Assembly: GCF_963921235.1 (NCBI RefSeq)
Contig: NC_086108.1
Span: forward strand, 107,820,001 to 107,884,000
Reading direction: 5' to 3'
Source of the DNA: Mobula hypostoma
Lineage: Eukaryota
Length of the DNA stretch: 64,000 nucleotides
Below, piece by piece: positions 1-12,368 of the stretch. The notes under the pieces are model-generated. The model saw nothing but the letters and a program-made list of their open reading frames with translations, did no database searches and was not told where the DNA came from. The stretch's first letter is position 1. Each line of letters starts with the position of its first letter. A program made the position numbers and the translations under genes.

Positions 1-1754
1 ACATGGCAGACCAATTGAATAATTACTTTGGTTCTGTCTTCACTATGGAGGACATAAATAATCTTCCAGAAATAGTAGGGGACAGAGGGTCCAGTGAGAT
101 GGAGGAACTGAGCGAAATACATGTTAGTAGGGAAGTGGTGTTAGGTAAATTGAAGGGATTAAAGGCAGATAAATCCCCAGGGCCAGATGGTCTGCATCCC
201 AGAGTGCTTAAGGAAGTAGCCCAAGAAATAGTGGATGCATTAGTGATAATTTTACAAAACTCGTTAGATTCTGGACTAGTTCCTGAGGATTGGAGGGTGG
301 CTAATGTAACCTCACTTTTTAAAAAAGGAGGGAGAGAGAAACCGGGGAATTATAGACCGGTTAGCCTAACGTCGGTGGTGGGGAAACTGCTGGAGTCAGT
401 TATCAAAGATGTGATAACAGCACATTTGGAAAGCGGTGAAATCATTGGACAAAGTCAGCATGGATTTGTGAAAGGAAAATCATGTCTGACGAATCTCATA
501 GAATCTTTTGAGGATGTAACTAGTAGAGTGGATAGGGGAGAACCAGTGGATGTGGTATATTTGGATTTTCAAAATGCTTTTGACAAGGTCCCACACAGGA
601 GATTAGTGTGCAAACTTAAAGCACACGGTATTGGGGGTAAGGTATTGATGTGGATAGAGAATTGGTTAGCAGACAGGAAGCAAAGAGTGGGAATAAACGG
701 GACCTTTTCAGAATGGCAGGCAGTGACCAGTGGGGTACCGCAAGGCTCAGTGCTGGGACCCCAGTTGTTTACAATATATATTAATGACTTGGATGAGGGA
801 ATTAAATGCAGCATCTCCAAGTTTGCGGATGGCACGAAGCTGGGTGGCAGTGTTAGCTGTGAGGAGGATGCTAAGAGGATGCAGAGTGACTTGGATAGGT
901 TGGGTGAGTGGGCAAATTCATGGCAGATGCAATTTAATGTGGATAAATATGAAGTTATCCACTTTGGTGGCAAAAATAGGAAAACAGATTATTATCTGAA
1001 TGGTGGCCGATTAGGAAAAGGGGAGGTGCAACGAGACCTGGGTGTCATTATACACCAGTCATTGAAAGTGGGCATGCAGGTACAGCAGGCGGTGAAAAAG
1101 GCGAATGGTATGCTGGCATTTATAGCGAGAGGATTCGAGTACAGGAGCAGGGAGATACTACTGCAGTTGTACAAGGCCTTGGTGAGACCACACCTGGAGT
1201 ATTGTGTGCAGTTTTGGTCCCCTAATCTGAGGAAAGACATCCTTGCCATAGAGGGAGTACAAAGAAGGTTCACCAGATTGATTCCTGGGATGGCAAGACT
1301 TTCATATGAAGAAAGACTGGACGAACTAGGCTTGTACTCGTTGGAATTTAGAAGATTGAGGGGGGATCTGATTGAAATGTATAAAATCCTAAAGGGATTG
1401 GACAGGCTAGATGCAGGAAGATAGTTCCCGATGTTGGGGAAGTCCAGAACGAGGGGTCACAGTTTGAGGATAAAGGCGAAGCCTTTTATGACTGAGATTA
1501 GGAAAAACTTCTTCGCACAGAGAGTGGTGAATCTGTGGAATTCTCTGCCACGGGAAACAGTTGAGGCTAGTTCATTGGCTATATTTAAGAGGGAGTTAGA
1601 TATGGCCCTCGTGGCTAGGGGGATCAGAGGGTATGGAGGAAAGGCTGGTGCAGGGTTCTGAGTTGGATGATCAGCCATGATCATAATAAATGGCGGTGCA
1701 GGCTCGAAGGGCCGAATGACCTACTCCTGCACCTATTTTCTATGTTTCTATGTT
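1..1754 (+). mobile_element. CR1-clade (HER1-like) LINE, 3' half with RT and 3' UTR; runs off the window start
   Basis: ORF 3-1424 has CR1 RT motifs ([65 protein letters not shown]); the 3' UTR ends in the (TTTCTATG)n-type tail at ~1736-1754. Confidence 0.95.
3..1661 (+). pseudogene. CR1 ORF2 reverse transcriptase, inactivated (FADD->FADG; premature TAG at 1422-1424; same frame resumes to TGA at 1661)
   Basis: ORFs 3-1424 and 1431-1661 are in the same frame and together give the canonical CR1 C-terminus (SRTRGHSLRI, FFAQRVVNLWNSLP); codon 831-833 is GGC where the catalytic GAC is expected. Confidence 0.9.
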
Positions 1755-2270
1755 AAGAGGGGAACTAGAATGGAGAATGGAAAAAGGGAGAAGGGTAAGT
1801 ATGAAAAATTACTGTAAGTTGAAGAAATCAATATTCATGTCATCAGGTTGGAGCCTATCCAGATGAAATATAAGGTGTTTATTTTATTTTATTGAAATAC
1901 TGTGCTGAATAGGTCGTTCCAGCCCTTTGTGCTTCATTGCCCAGCAATCCCTCCAATTTAATTCTAACCTGATCATGGGACAGTTTACAATGACTATTTA
2001 ATCTGCTATCTGGTACTGTGGGAGGAAACCAGAGCACCCGGAGGAAACACACACGGTCATCAGGAGAATGTATAAATTCCTCACAGGTAGCACTGGGAAT
2101 TGAACCTATGTCACTGGTACTACACTACCGTGCCACCTGTAGTTCCTCCAACCTGCGTGTGGCCTCAACGTGGCAGTAGAGGAGACCATGGACCAACATG
2201 TCGAAGTTGACATTGGTGGTCACCGGGAAATACCGCCTTTTATGACAGGTGGAGCAAAGCTAGTCAACGA
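1755..2270 (-). mobile_element. Penelope-like element fragment (GIY-YIG C-terminus), interrupted by a SINE
   Basis: The reverse strand of ~1815-1880 and ~2140-2200 matches the 'LEEQHLIFRLGSLQPDGMNIDFSNFR' segment seen at 17460-17600. Confidence 0.65.
1880..2137 (-). mobile_element. tRNA-derived V-SINE/HE1-like SINE
   Basis: Reverse-strand B-box GGTTCAATTCC (~2095-2105), V-domain-like TTTCCTCCGGGTGCTCTGGTTTCCTCCCACAG, and an A-rich tail. Confidence 0.8.
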
Positions 2271-2379
2271 TATGGAATGTGCTAGAATTACTCAGCAGGT
2301 AAAGCAGCCCCCGTGCAGAGAGACACAGAGTCAAGGTTTGGGTTCTACTGAAAGGTCATCAGCCTGAAACATTGACTAG

Positions 2380-2666
2380 TTTTGGATGTAGGGAGGATGT
2401 TTCCTATTCCTTTTAGAATGAAGATGAGGAGATGACTTCAATGGAAGTGATTCTGTTGAATTCTTTGCCACAGGCAGCTGTGGAGATCAAGTCTTTATGC
2501 ATATTTAAGGCAGATGTTGATAGATTCTAGATTGGTCAGGGCAGGAAGTGACATGGGGAGAAGGCAGGAGATTGGGGTCGAGAGGAAAATTGCATCAGCT
2601 ATGATGAACTGGCGGAACAGATTCATTGGGCCAATTGCCTAATTCTGCTCCTATTTCCATGGTCTT
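2380..2666 (+). mobile_element. CR1 LINE 3' fragment inserted within an older Penelope-like terminal repeat
   Basis: Matches the CR1 3' end of 1431-1754; flanks 2280-2378 and 2667-2720 resemble the PLE terminal repeat (...cctgaaacattgac...tccacagatgctgactgacctg). Confidence 0.65.
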
Positions 2667-2770
2667 AACCTGTTTCTCAGTCCACAGATGCTGACTGACC
2701 TGCGGAATATTTCCGGCATAACCTATTAAAGGATAGAAGTCGGCACAATTTCGAAATGTAAAATTGAGAT

Positions 2771-2913
2771 GGCACAGTAGTGTAATTGTTAGCGCATTGC
2801 TTTACAGCGCAAGTGGCCTGGGTTCAATTCCAGCCACAGCCTGTAAAGAGTTTGTGCGTTCCCCCCGTGACTGTGTGGGTTTCCTCCGGGTGCTCTGATT
2901 TCCTCTCACAGTC
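2771..2913 (+). mobile_element. tRNA-derived V-SINE/HE1-like SINE head, 3'-truncated
   Basis: A-box-like start, B-box GGTTCAATTCC at 2821, V-domain GGGTTTCCTCCGGGTGCTCTG. Confidence 0.8.
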
Positions 2914-2914
2914 A

Positions 2915-3775
2915 CAGGGATATAAAGAGAATGGTCACAGTCTTTTTCTCCCGCTGGAGGTATCAAAAACTAGAGGGCTGAGGCATAAGGTTAGAGGGAA
3001 TAGATTTAAAGTGGAGCTGAGAGGCAATTTTTTGTACACATTGTCGTGAGTATGTGAAACGAGTTGCCAGAGGAACTGATGGAGGCAATTACTATAACAA
3101 CATTTATAAGACACATGAATAGAAACGTGGATAGGAAAACATTAGGAGGATATGGAGCAAACATAGGCACATGGGACCAGCTGAGACAGGCAACTTGGTC
3201 AGCAGGAACAAGTTGGGCCAAAGGGCCTTTTTCTTTGTCTCATGCGTCTATGACTATACTGAGCCTGGTGGTGAATGCTTTAAATCTTTTGTGTCTTCTG
3301 CTTAATGGGATGTGGGAGAAGAGAGAGTGCCCAGGTTGGGTGGGGGTACTTGGTTATGCTAGCTACTTTATTGTGGCCATAAGAAGTGTAGGCAGGGTCC
3401 ATGAAGAGGAAGCTGGTTTCCGTGATGGAATAAGCTGCATCGAGTCATAGAAAACTACAGCACAGAAATAGGCCCTTCGGTCCATCTAGGCCATACCGAA
3501 CTATTTAAACCACCTACTCCCATCAGGGCCATAGCCCTCCCCCCCCCCATCCATGTACCTATCCAAACTTCTCTTAAACATTGAAATTGCACTTGCATGC
3601 ACCACTTGTGCTGACAGCTCATTCCACACTCTCACGACCATCTGAGTGATGAAGTTTCCCCGCATGTTCCTTTTAAACTCTTCACCTTTCATCCTTAACC
3701 CATGACCTCTGGTTGTAGTCCCACGCAACCTCAGCAGAAAAAGCCTGCTTGCATTTACCCTGTCTATTCACAACT
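2915..3775. mobile_element. CR1 3' fragments (+ at ~2915-3255, - at ~3444-3775) flanking a Rex-type tail
   Basis: TRG(H/L)..KVRG..FK...RGNFF..RVV..WN.LP motifs in ORFs 2786-3049, 3064-3450 and 3501-3728. Confidence 0.75.
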
Positions 3776-4042
3776 CTCTGTAGTTTCTTGTGCACTTGAG
3801 CACAGAACTATAGGGTATCAAGTTATAGAAGAACACAAGGAATTCTCAACAAGTCTGTTGGGTTGTTTCCCAATAAATGACTAGGAAGGGAAAAAAATAT
3901 CTTATTTTTGTTCCCTCTTCAAATGTCATGTTTGCCTCTTTCCTTAAATTCTATAACTTGCTGATATGTTGGTGATGAGTCATCTCGAGGTACAAAGTTC
4001 AAAGTAAAGTGAATATCAAAGTACGTATATATCACCATATGC

Positions 4043-4282
4043 TTACTTAAGGCCATCATCCCTACTGGAGCATAGGCTGCTGACAGCAGCTCGCAGATTC
4101 CTCTGTCTGGGCCAGTCTCTCAGGTTATCCCCAGGTGTAGATCCTTCCTCTCCCAGGGATGAGGTCTCTGGAACTTCTCTTACTGTCTCTGTCGATCAGG
4201 GTTTTTACAGGATGGGGTAGCTAACCCCATGCCCATCCCTCCTCCTTTTGCAGCAGGACTTGGGACCATCCATGGCAGAGTT
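4043..4282 (-). mobile_element. Short RTE-related non-autonomous element
   Basis: Reverse strand ends ...GCCTATGCTCCAGTAGGGATGATGGCCTTAAGTAAG (RTE-like 3' tail); also contains GGGGTAGCTAACCCCATGCCCATCCC, reminiscent of RTE 5' regions. Confidence 0.45.
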
Positions 4283-5004
4283 ATATACTACATTGAGATT
4301 AATTTTCTTGCAAGCATTCAGAGTAGAATAAAGAAATACAATAGAAATAATGGAAAACTGCACACAAAGATTGACAAACAATCAATATGCAAAAGAAGAC
4401 AAACTGTACAAATAGAAATAATAAATTAATAATTCAGAGAAGATGAGCTGTGGAGTCTTGAAAGTGAACCTATAGGTCGTGGAATCAGTTCATTGTGGAG
4501 GTGAGTGAAATTATCCATGCTGAACTCGGATGAAGGAGGCCCATGCTGCCCTTTATTAAGCTTTCCCAGCATTGTTACGGCAACTGGCTTGGATGGTCGA
4601 TAAGGTACTACATGCTCAATGCCACCTCACCCACACCGTCACATCAAAATCTCCTTTTTTTTATTAAAGCTTTGTCGACCAGGAGTTTACAGACTTACAG
4701 GTGAACACATCACCACTTACAGGAGGTTCAAGAGCTTCAAGTCCCACACCGCCAGGTTCAGGAACAGTTGACAACCATCAAACTCCTGTATCAGTGCGGA
4801 TAACCTCACTCACCTCAACACGGAACTGATTCCACAACCTACAGACTGACTCTCAAAGACTCTACAACTCTTCTTCTCAATATTATTTATTTAATTTTTT
4901 ACCAATTTTTTATGATTTGTCTGTTTTTTGCAGATTAATTGTTTGCTAGTTTTTGATAAATATAGTTTTTCATAAATTCTATTGTATTTCTTTATTTTCC
5001 ATAA

Positions 5005-5805
5005 GACCATAGATCATAACACCAAAGAGCAGAATTAGGCCATTTGACCCATCAAGTCTGCTCCACCATTGCATCATGCCTGATTCCTTATCCCTCTCAC
5101 CTCATTTTGCTTTCTCCCCATAACCTTTGACACCATGACTTATCAAAATCTATCAACCTCCGCTTTAAATATACCCAATTACTTGGCCTCTGTAGCCATC
5201 TATGTAAATGAATTCTATAGATTCACCACACTCTGGCTAAAGAAATTCTCCTCATCTCTCTTCTAAGTGGACATCCCTCAATTTTAAGGTTGTGCCCTCT
5301 GGTCCTATACTCCGCTACTACAGAAAGCATCCTCTCATGTCCATAAACAACAGGAATTCTGCAGATTCTGGAAATTCAAGCAACATACATCAAAGTTGCT
5401 GGTGAACGCAGCAGGCCAGGCAGCATCTATAGGAAGAGGCGCAGTCGACGTTTCAGGCCGAGACCACGAAGGGTCTCGGCCTGAAACGTCGACTGCGCCT
5501 CTTCCTATAGATGCTGCCTGGCCTCTCATGTCCATTCTAACCAGACATTTCAATAGTCAATAGATTTCAATGAGATCTCCCCTGCCACACTTCTTCTAAA
5601 TATCAGCAAGTACAGGCCCAGAGCTTTCAAAAGCTTCTCGTATGTTAACCCATTCATTCTCGGATCATTCTTGCAAACCTCCCTTGGACCCTTTCCAATA
5701 CCAGCATATCCTTTCTTAGACAAGGGGCCTAAAACTGCTCAGGATATTCCAAGTGTGGTCTGATCAATGGCTTATAAAACCTCTGCATTACATCCTTGCT
5801 GTAAT
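5005..5805 (-). mobile_element. CR1 LINE 3' fragment, split by a Penelope-like insertion
   Basis: Reverse complement of the CR1 C-terminus and 3' UTR (ccataagaccatag...gagcagaattaggccatt). Confidence 0.8.
5345..5521. mobile_element. Penelope-like terminal-repeat insertion forming a perfect 53-bp hairpin, 14-bp TSD
   Basis: TSD CCTCTCATGTCCAT at 5331-5344 and 5522-5535; arms 5413-5465 and 5472-5524 are exact reverse complements. Confidence 0.9.
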
Positions 5806-6196
5806 ATCTGTAAGGAAATAAATCTCAGCGTAGTGTACTTTGATCATTTACTTTGAACTTTAAATACAACACCATATCGCATACAGGAACTGGTAAAGGA
5901 GGGGGAAATTCTGCTTATTTGATCATTGGGATCTCTTTTAGGGCAGTGCTGCCCCTGAACTTCAGGAGCACTAATATATTGCAGGGAGATCTGCTCATGC
6001 TAATCAGGATGCTGAGGTTCAAAACTCAAGGTCAAAGATGAGTTTATTGGCATGTGGACAGGTATGTGGTGCACAGGTGCAGTGAAAAGCTGCCTTGCAG
6101 CAATATCACAGGCACAGAGCATCCAAGCAGCAGTCACAAGAAAAATGTAAATTAAATGTAGATTAGAATCAAGGAGCCCATAGCCACTACAGCAGA

Positions 6197-7482
6197 GAAA
6201 CATAGAAACATAGAAAACCTACAGCACAGTACAGGCCCTTCAGCCCACAAAGCTGTGCCAAAAATGTCCTTACCTAAGAAATTACCCAGGGTTACCCATA
6301 GCCCTCTATTTTTCTAAGCTCCATGTACCTGTCCAGGAGTCTCTTAAAAGACTCTATCATATCTGCCTCCACCACCGTCACCGGCAGCCCATTCCACCCA
6401 CTCACTACTCTCTGCGTAAAAAACTTAGCCCTGACATCTCCTCTGTACCTACTTCCAAGCACTTTAAAACTGTGCCCTTTCGTGCTAGCCATTTCAACCC
6501 TGGGAAAAAGCCTCTGACTATTCACACGATCACTGCCTCTCATCATCTTATACACCCCTAGCAGGTCACCTCTCGTCCTCCGCTACTCCAAGGAGAAAAG
6601 GCCAAGTTCACTCAACCTGTTCTCATAAGGTATGCTCCCCAATCCAGGCAACATCCTTGTAAATCTCCTCTGCACCCTTTCTATCATTTCCACATCTGTC
6701 CTGTAGCGAGGTGACCAGAAGTGAGCACAGTGCTCCAAGTGAGGCTTGACCAAGGTCCTATATAGCTGCAACATTGCCTCTTGGCTCCTAAACTCAATCC
6801 CACGGTTGATGAAGGCCAATGCACTGTATGCCTCTTAACCACAGAGTCAACCTGCGCAGCTGAAGTTCGACCCCAAGATCCCTCTGATCCTCCACACTGC
6901 CAGGAGTCTTACCATTAATACTAAATTCTGCCATCATATTTGACCTACCAAAATGAACCACCTCACACTTATCTGGTTTGAACTCCATCTGCCACTTCTC
7001 AGCCCAGTTTTGCATCCTATCGATGTCCCACTGTAACCTCTGACAGTCCTCCACACTATCCAGAACACCTCCAACCTTTGTGTCATCAACAGAGTAGGGG
7101 TCCCAGAACAGATCCCTGAGGCACACCACTGGTCACTGACCTCCATGCAGAATATGACCTGTCTACAACCACTCTTTGTCTTCTGTGGGCAAGCCAGTTC
7201 TAGGTCAAAAAAGCAATGTCCCCTTGGATCCCTTGCCTTCTTACTTTCTCAATAAGCCTTGCATGGCGTACCTTATCAAATGCCTTGCTGAAATCCATAT
7301 ACACTGCATCTACAGCTCCTCCTTCATCAATGTGTTTAGTCACATCCTCAGAGAATTCAATCAGGCTCGTAAGGCACGACCTGCCTTTGACAAAGCCATG
7401 CTGACTATCCCTAATCATATTATGCCCTTTCCAAATGTTCATAAATCTTGCCTCTCAGGATCTTCCCCATAAACTTACCAAC
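6197..7482 (-). mobile_element. CR1 LINE RT-to-3' UTR fragment with frameshifts and internal deletions
   Basis: ORFs 7200-7442 (SQHGFVKGRSCLT, YMDFSKAFDKV), 6794-7129 (DDTKVGG, WQMEF), 6583-6819 and 6292-6555; tail (CTATGTTT)n at ~6197-6216. Confidence 0.92.
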
Positions 7483-7774
7483 CTGGCCCTTTGGCCTATC
7501 TAGTCAGTACTGAACCATTAATCTGCCTAGTCCCATTGACGTCCACTTGGACCATCGCCCTCCATACCCCTCCCATCCATCTGACTATCCAAATTACTCT
7601 TAAATGTGGAAATTGAACCCGCATCCATCACTTCTGCTGGCAGTTCGATCCACAGTCTCACCATCCTCTTAGTGAAGAAGTTCCCCCTCGTGTTCCCGTT
7701 AAACATTTCACCATTCACCCTTAACCTATGACCTCTAGTTGTAGCCTCACTGTAGTGTCAGTGGAAAAAGCCTA

Positions 7775-8354
7775 TGAAACACTCTGGCTCCATTGGCTGC
7801 GTAGGTCTAGGGAAGACAATCTCCAGCCCCGCCAAATGTGTGAGATTGAGGTGCAGGCCCACCCCAAACCCACTGTTTGTGTGGGTGCTGCGTGATTCAT
7901 TACCCTGTTACAAATAAGTACCTCGAAATAACAGACAGTACACTGTATACACTGAAACAATTTAGCTTTATAATTCTTAATTTGACTAAAGGGTTAGTGA
8001 AGAAAAAGCAAAAAAAAGAAAAGGGCCCATTTTAATGAAACAGTCTATTGTGCACAAATTGGAGGTCACGGTTTCCCCCTCACTGATCCTCCTTTGATCT
8101 CCACAACCTTCGTCGGATCACGGCCCCACTCCGAGCCGAGTCCTACAACCTCTTCTCTCCGGCGCCCTCTCCCTTCATCTCCTGCCAAACAGAAGACCCA
8201 GCTCACACCGGTGTCAGGCGCACAACACGAAAACACACCCCCTTCATTGGAGAGCTCGCATTCCAAAGCCCCCGTTATCTCTAACCATAACCCAAGCACT
8301 GCTTCTACAGAAAGACCATTACGTTAGTGGTGAAACTATCCACAGGGTGTTACA
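7775..8354. mobile_element. Solo LTR (Gypsy-like), 580 bp, inserted in a CR1 fragment (~7485-8440, - strand)
   Basis: Starts TGAAACACTCTG and ends CAGGGTGTTACA (imperfect terminal IR, TG...CA); 4-bp TSD CCTA at 7771-7774 and 8355-8358; the CR1 sequence resumes across it. Confidence 0.75.
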
Positions 8355-9094
8355 CCTACTTTCGTTTCCTCTATCTATAGCCTTCATAATTTTGTGTACC
8401 TCTCTCAAATCTCCCCTCATTCTTCTAAGCTTCGCGCAATTTTTACGAGGGAACACAATTGAAACAAACAAAATGTCAAGGTGGTTAGAGTATTACTAAT
8501 TTGGTCTGGTAGTTGTCCATAATGTCCGATGATGACAGGAAGTCTGTGCAGGAGAGTTTTAAAGTGGAAACACAGTTTCATCTTCTGATCTCAGAAGTCC
8601 AGGTCCAGTGATACGAACAAGGGGTCTTCATTGATTGCAATGTTACTAAACTGCAGTGATTAGGGTTGTGCAGGTTGGTTCAAGAACTGAACGGTTGAAG
8701 GGAAGTAGCTGTTTCTGAAGCTGGTGGTGTGGGAATTCTTGTCACAATTTTGTCTGTGTGAGTTTCCTGTGCAGGGGTGGGCTACCACCTTTCTAGACTG
8801 TGGAAGAGATTTATACTTCAAAAGTACTTCAGTGATTATAAAGCCTTGGGATAACTCGGAGACATGAAAAACCTTACATAAATGTTACAGTGCCAGCGAT
8901 CACTGATTAGGGTTGTATTCCCGCTGCTGTCCGTTTGGAGTTTGTACATTCTCAGAATCAGAATTAAAGTCAGGTTTAATATTTGTTGTTATGTGGCAGC
9001 AGTACTTTGCAATATATATTACTAAGAATTGTGAAATACATACAGTAAGTATATATTGTATATATACTACTTATTGTAGTATATACTTTTTACA

Positions 9095-9870
9095 GCACAG
9101 AGCTGTATACAAGATGGGCCAGAGTCGCCTCTACTCCCTGAGGACACTGTGGTCCTTGGAGTATGCAGGCCTCTCCTTCACATGTTCTACCAGTCTGTTG
9201 TAGCCAGTATAATCTTCCATGTGGTGGTGTGTTGGGGCAATGGTGTCAATGCGAGTGATGCCAGCAGGCTCAATAAAGTGATTAGGAAGGCTGGCTCTGT
9301 TAGAGGAGTCAAGATGGAGTCATTATTGGAGGCTGTGGTAGAACAAAGGACTCTCTGGAAAATCCTGGCAATTTTGGGCAATGTTTCTCACCCTCTGTAG
9401 ACCACCTTGGCTGAACATAGGAACACTTTTAGTCACAGACTAAGGCAACTGTGCTGCTCCAAAGAGCGCTATATGAGGTCATTCTTATCCTCAGCCATTA
9501 GGCTCTACAATGAGTCAACCTATAGCCAGGGAAATGATGACCCCTCCTGTTAGACTGTTATTAACCTCTGTGTAGCAGAGCTCTTTTTAACTCTGTTTAC
9601 CACACCCTGCTATCGTGGACACTGTGCAATACTATCATCACTTCTTATCTGGATGGTGCAAATGTTCACCCATTTCCATAATTCTTGCACGGACATCTTA
9701 TCAGTGTGAACTTCCAAATCTTGTAAATCTTGTAATCTTTGGCTTCTAAATCTTGTACATCTTATTTTTAAGGTAGTTTTAAAATATATTTTCTACCTTG
9801 TCTTCTAACATTTGTATATCTGTGCACTTGTAATGCTACTGTGACACTGTAATTTCCTTTGAGATCAATA
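9095..9870 (+). mobile_element. Rex1/Babar-type LINE 3' fragment
   Basis: ORF 9149-9400 (LHMFYQSVVAS, CWG, RLNKVIRKAGSV, ILGNVSHPL) plus a 3' UTR ending aatttcctttgagatcaataa. Confidence 0.8.
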
Positions 9871-10417
9871 ACACACACAAACACAAACTATAAAATAGTT
9901 GAAGTAAATAAGCAGGGAGAAGAGTAGTGAGGTAGTGTTCATGAGTTCATCATCCATTCAGAAATCTGATGGCAGAAGGGAAGAAGCTGTTCCTTAATCA
10001 CTGAGTGTAGGTCATCAGGCTCCTGCACTTCTTCCTTGATTGTAACAATGAGAAGAGGGTATGTACTCAGTGATGGGAGTCCTTAATGATGGATACTGCC
10101 TTTTTAAGGCATCGCCTTTTGAAGATGTCCTTGATGCTGGGGAGCCTTGAGCCCGTGATTGAAATGACTGAATGTACAACTGTCCAGTGCCCCCCAGCCC
10201 ATACCAGATAGTGATGCAGCCAGTTCTTCCTGTGATAGCATGGGTTTCCTCCTGGTGCTTTGGATTCCTCCAAAATTCCAAAGACATATGGGTCAGTAGG
10301 TTAATTGGTCACAAGGGTGTAATTGGGTGGCATGGGCTCATTGGGCTGGAAAGGCCTGAAACTGTGCTGTACTTCTAAATAAAAGAGATAAATAAGGAGG
10401 TAAGTAACATGCTGTTC

Positions 10418-10960
10418 GAGAAAGCCGTCACGGATGCATTTTATGAAGTCCTCTTCAAGACTGCCTCAACCAACTTGATTCACCCAATCTATGTGCAAGT
10501 TAAAGTCCCCCATGATAACTGCTGCTCCATTCTGACATGCCTCAGATATTTCTGTTTATTGCCTCTGCCACTGTAATGTTATTATTCAGTGGCCGATAGA
10601 CAACTCCCACCAGTGATTTTTTTTCTCTTTACTATTCCTAATCTCTACCTAGATGGATTCAACATTCTACTCCTTAGACCTTATATTGTCTCTCATTATC
10701 GCCCTGATCTCATCTTTAAGTAAGAACGCTACCCCACCTCCCTTACCTTCCTGCCTATCCTTCCATGTTACCCGATATCCTTGGATATTTAATTCCCAAT
10801 CTTCTTCACCCTGCAACCACATTTCTGTAATGGCCACTAAATCTTATCCCTTTGTACTGATTTGAGCCACAAGTTCACTGACCTTGTTTTGAATACTATG
10901 GGCATTCAAATAAAGTGCACTTACACTCATTGTGCTTTTAAAATCTTGTAAGCTTTTACT
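10418..10960 (-). mobile_element. CR1 ORF2 apurinic-like endonuclease N-terminal fragment
   Basis: Reverse strand gives SALYLNAHSIQNKVSELVAQI, ...GKGGGVA, VVYRP and VIMGDFN. Confidence 0.8.
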
Positions 10961-10968
10961 CTTTTGCA

Positions 10969-11099
10969 CTGACGAAGGGTCTCGGCCCGAAACATCGACA
11001 GTACCTCTTCCTAGAGATGCTGCCTGGCCTGCTGAATTCACCAGCAACTTTCATGTGTGTTGCTTGGATTTCCGGCATCTGCAGAATTCCTCGTGTTTG
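10969..11099 (+). mobile_element. Short Penelope-like terminal-repeat insertion beginning at the hammerhead core
   Basis: Begins CTGACGAAGGGTCTCGGCCCGAAAC and ends ...GCAGAATTCCTCGTGTTT; 13-bp TSD ACTCTT(T/A)TGCACT at 10958-10970 and 11100-11112. Confidence 0.85.
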
Positions 11100-11119
11100 A
11101 CTCTTATGCACTTAACTTT

Positions 11120-11670
11120 TCTTCACTCCACTTTTACTTTTCTCTTATTCCAAGGAATAAAGTCCAAACTTATCAATCTTTCCCTATAACTTAGGTCCTC
11201 AAGTCCTTGTAAATTTTCTCTGCACTTCTTCAGTTTTATTTACATCTTTCCTGCAGGTAGGTGATCAACGTTGTACACAATGCTCCAAATTAGGCCTCAC
11301 CAACATCTTAAACAATTTCAACATGACATCCCATCTTCATAAATGAAGGCCAATGTGCCAAAATCTTTCTTTATGACGCTATCTACTTTTAACACCACTT
11401 TCAAGGAATTATGGACTTCAGGTCAGTCCCCGACCTCTCAGTTCTACTCACCCCTCAGTGCTCTACCGCTCATCGTGTTGGACCTACCCTGGTTGTCCCT
11501 CCCAAAGTGCAGCACCTCACACTCGTCTGCATTAAATCCTATCTGCCATTTTTCAGCCAATTTTTCCAGCTGGTCCAGATGCTGCTGCAAGTTTTGATAG
11601 TCTTCCTTGCTGCCCACTACACCTCTCCAATCTTGGTGTCATCCACAAATTTACTGATCTAGTTTGCCAG
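11120..11670 (-). mobile_element. CR1 RT C-terminal fragment
   Basis: Reverse strand resembles KFVDDTKIG, WAEKWQ..FN..CEVLHFGR and LVRPNLE. Confidence 0.7.
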
Positions 11671-11748
11671 AATCAGAATCAAATTTAATATCATCAGCAT
11701 ATGTTGTGCAATTTGTTAACTGTACTGCAGCAGTACAATGAAATATAT

Positions 11749-12180
11749 GGTAGCAGACACCAACAGAATCAACAAACTCATTCGTAAGGCCAGTGATGTT
11801 GTGGGGATGGAACTGGACTCTCTGACGGTGGTGTCTGAAAAGAGGATGCTGTCTAAGTTGCATGCCATCTTGGTCAATATCTCCCATCCACTACATAATG
11901 TACTGGTTAGGCACAGGAGTACATTCAGCCAGAGACTCATTCCACCGAGATGCAACACAGAGTGTCATAGGAAGTCATTCCTGCCTGTGGCCATCAAACT
12001 TTACAACTCCTCCCTTGGAGGGTCAGACACCCTGAGCCAATAGGCTGGTCCTGGACTGATTTCCTGGCACAAATTACATATCACTATTTAACTATTTATG
12101 GTTCTATTACTATTTATTATTTATGGTGCAACTGTAACGAAAATCAATTTCCCCCAGGATCAATAAAGTATGACTATGAT
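11749..12180 (+). mobile_element. Rex1/Babar-type LINE 3' end (young family; near-identical to 14830-15275)
   Basis: ORF 11738-12043 (NKLIRKASDVVG, SHPLH, PRCNTECHRKSFLPVAIKLYNS); tail caataaagtatgactatga. Confidence 0.88.
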
Positions 12181-12368
12181 AAATAAATATGGAGAGAAAA
12201 ACTGAGCTACACTAAGTATATAAATGTCTATTAAATAGTTAAGTTAAAATAAGCAGGGCAAAAAATACAGAAATAAGAAAGTGGTGACATGGTGTTCATG
12301 GGTTCAACGTCCATTTAGAAATTGAATGGCAGAGGGGAAGAAACTGTTCCTGAATTGCTGAGTGTGTA

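Noticed and set aside
3..1424. Active reverse transcriptase gene or bacterial retron/group II intron RT
   Set aside because: The motifs are CR1-clade LINE, a catalytic Asp is mutated, and the C-terminus is interrupted by a stop.
2771..2850. tRNA genes (also at 25048, 27347, 27965, 30369, 38473)
   Set aside because: A/B boxes are present but each continues into a SINE body and tail, and I could not form a complete cloverleaf.
5335..5553. Recurring peptide 'PDEGSRPETST...DAAWPAAFTSNF' as a multicopy host protein family
   Set aside because: It appears in varying frames and strands with frameshifts; it is the non-coding Penelope terminal repeat containing the hammerhead motif.
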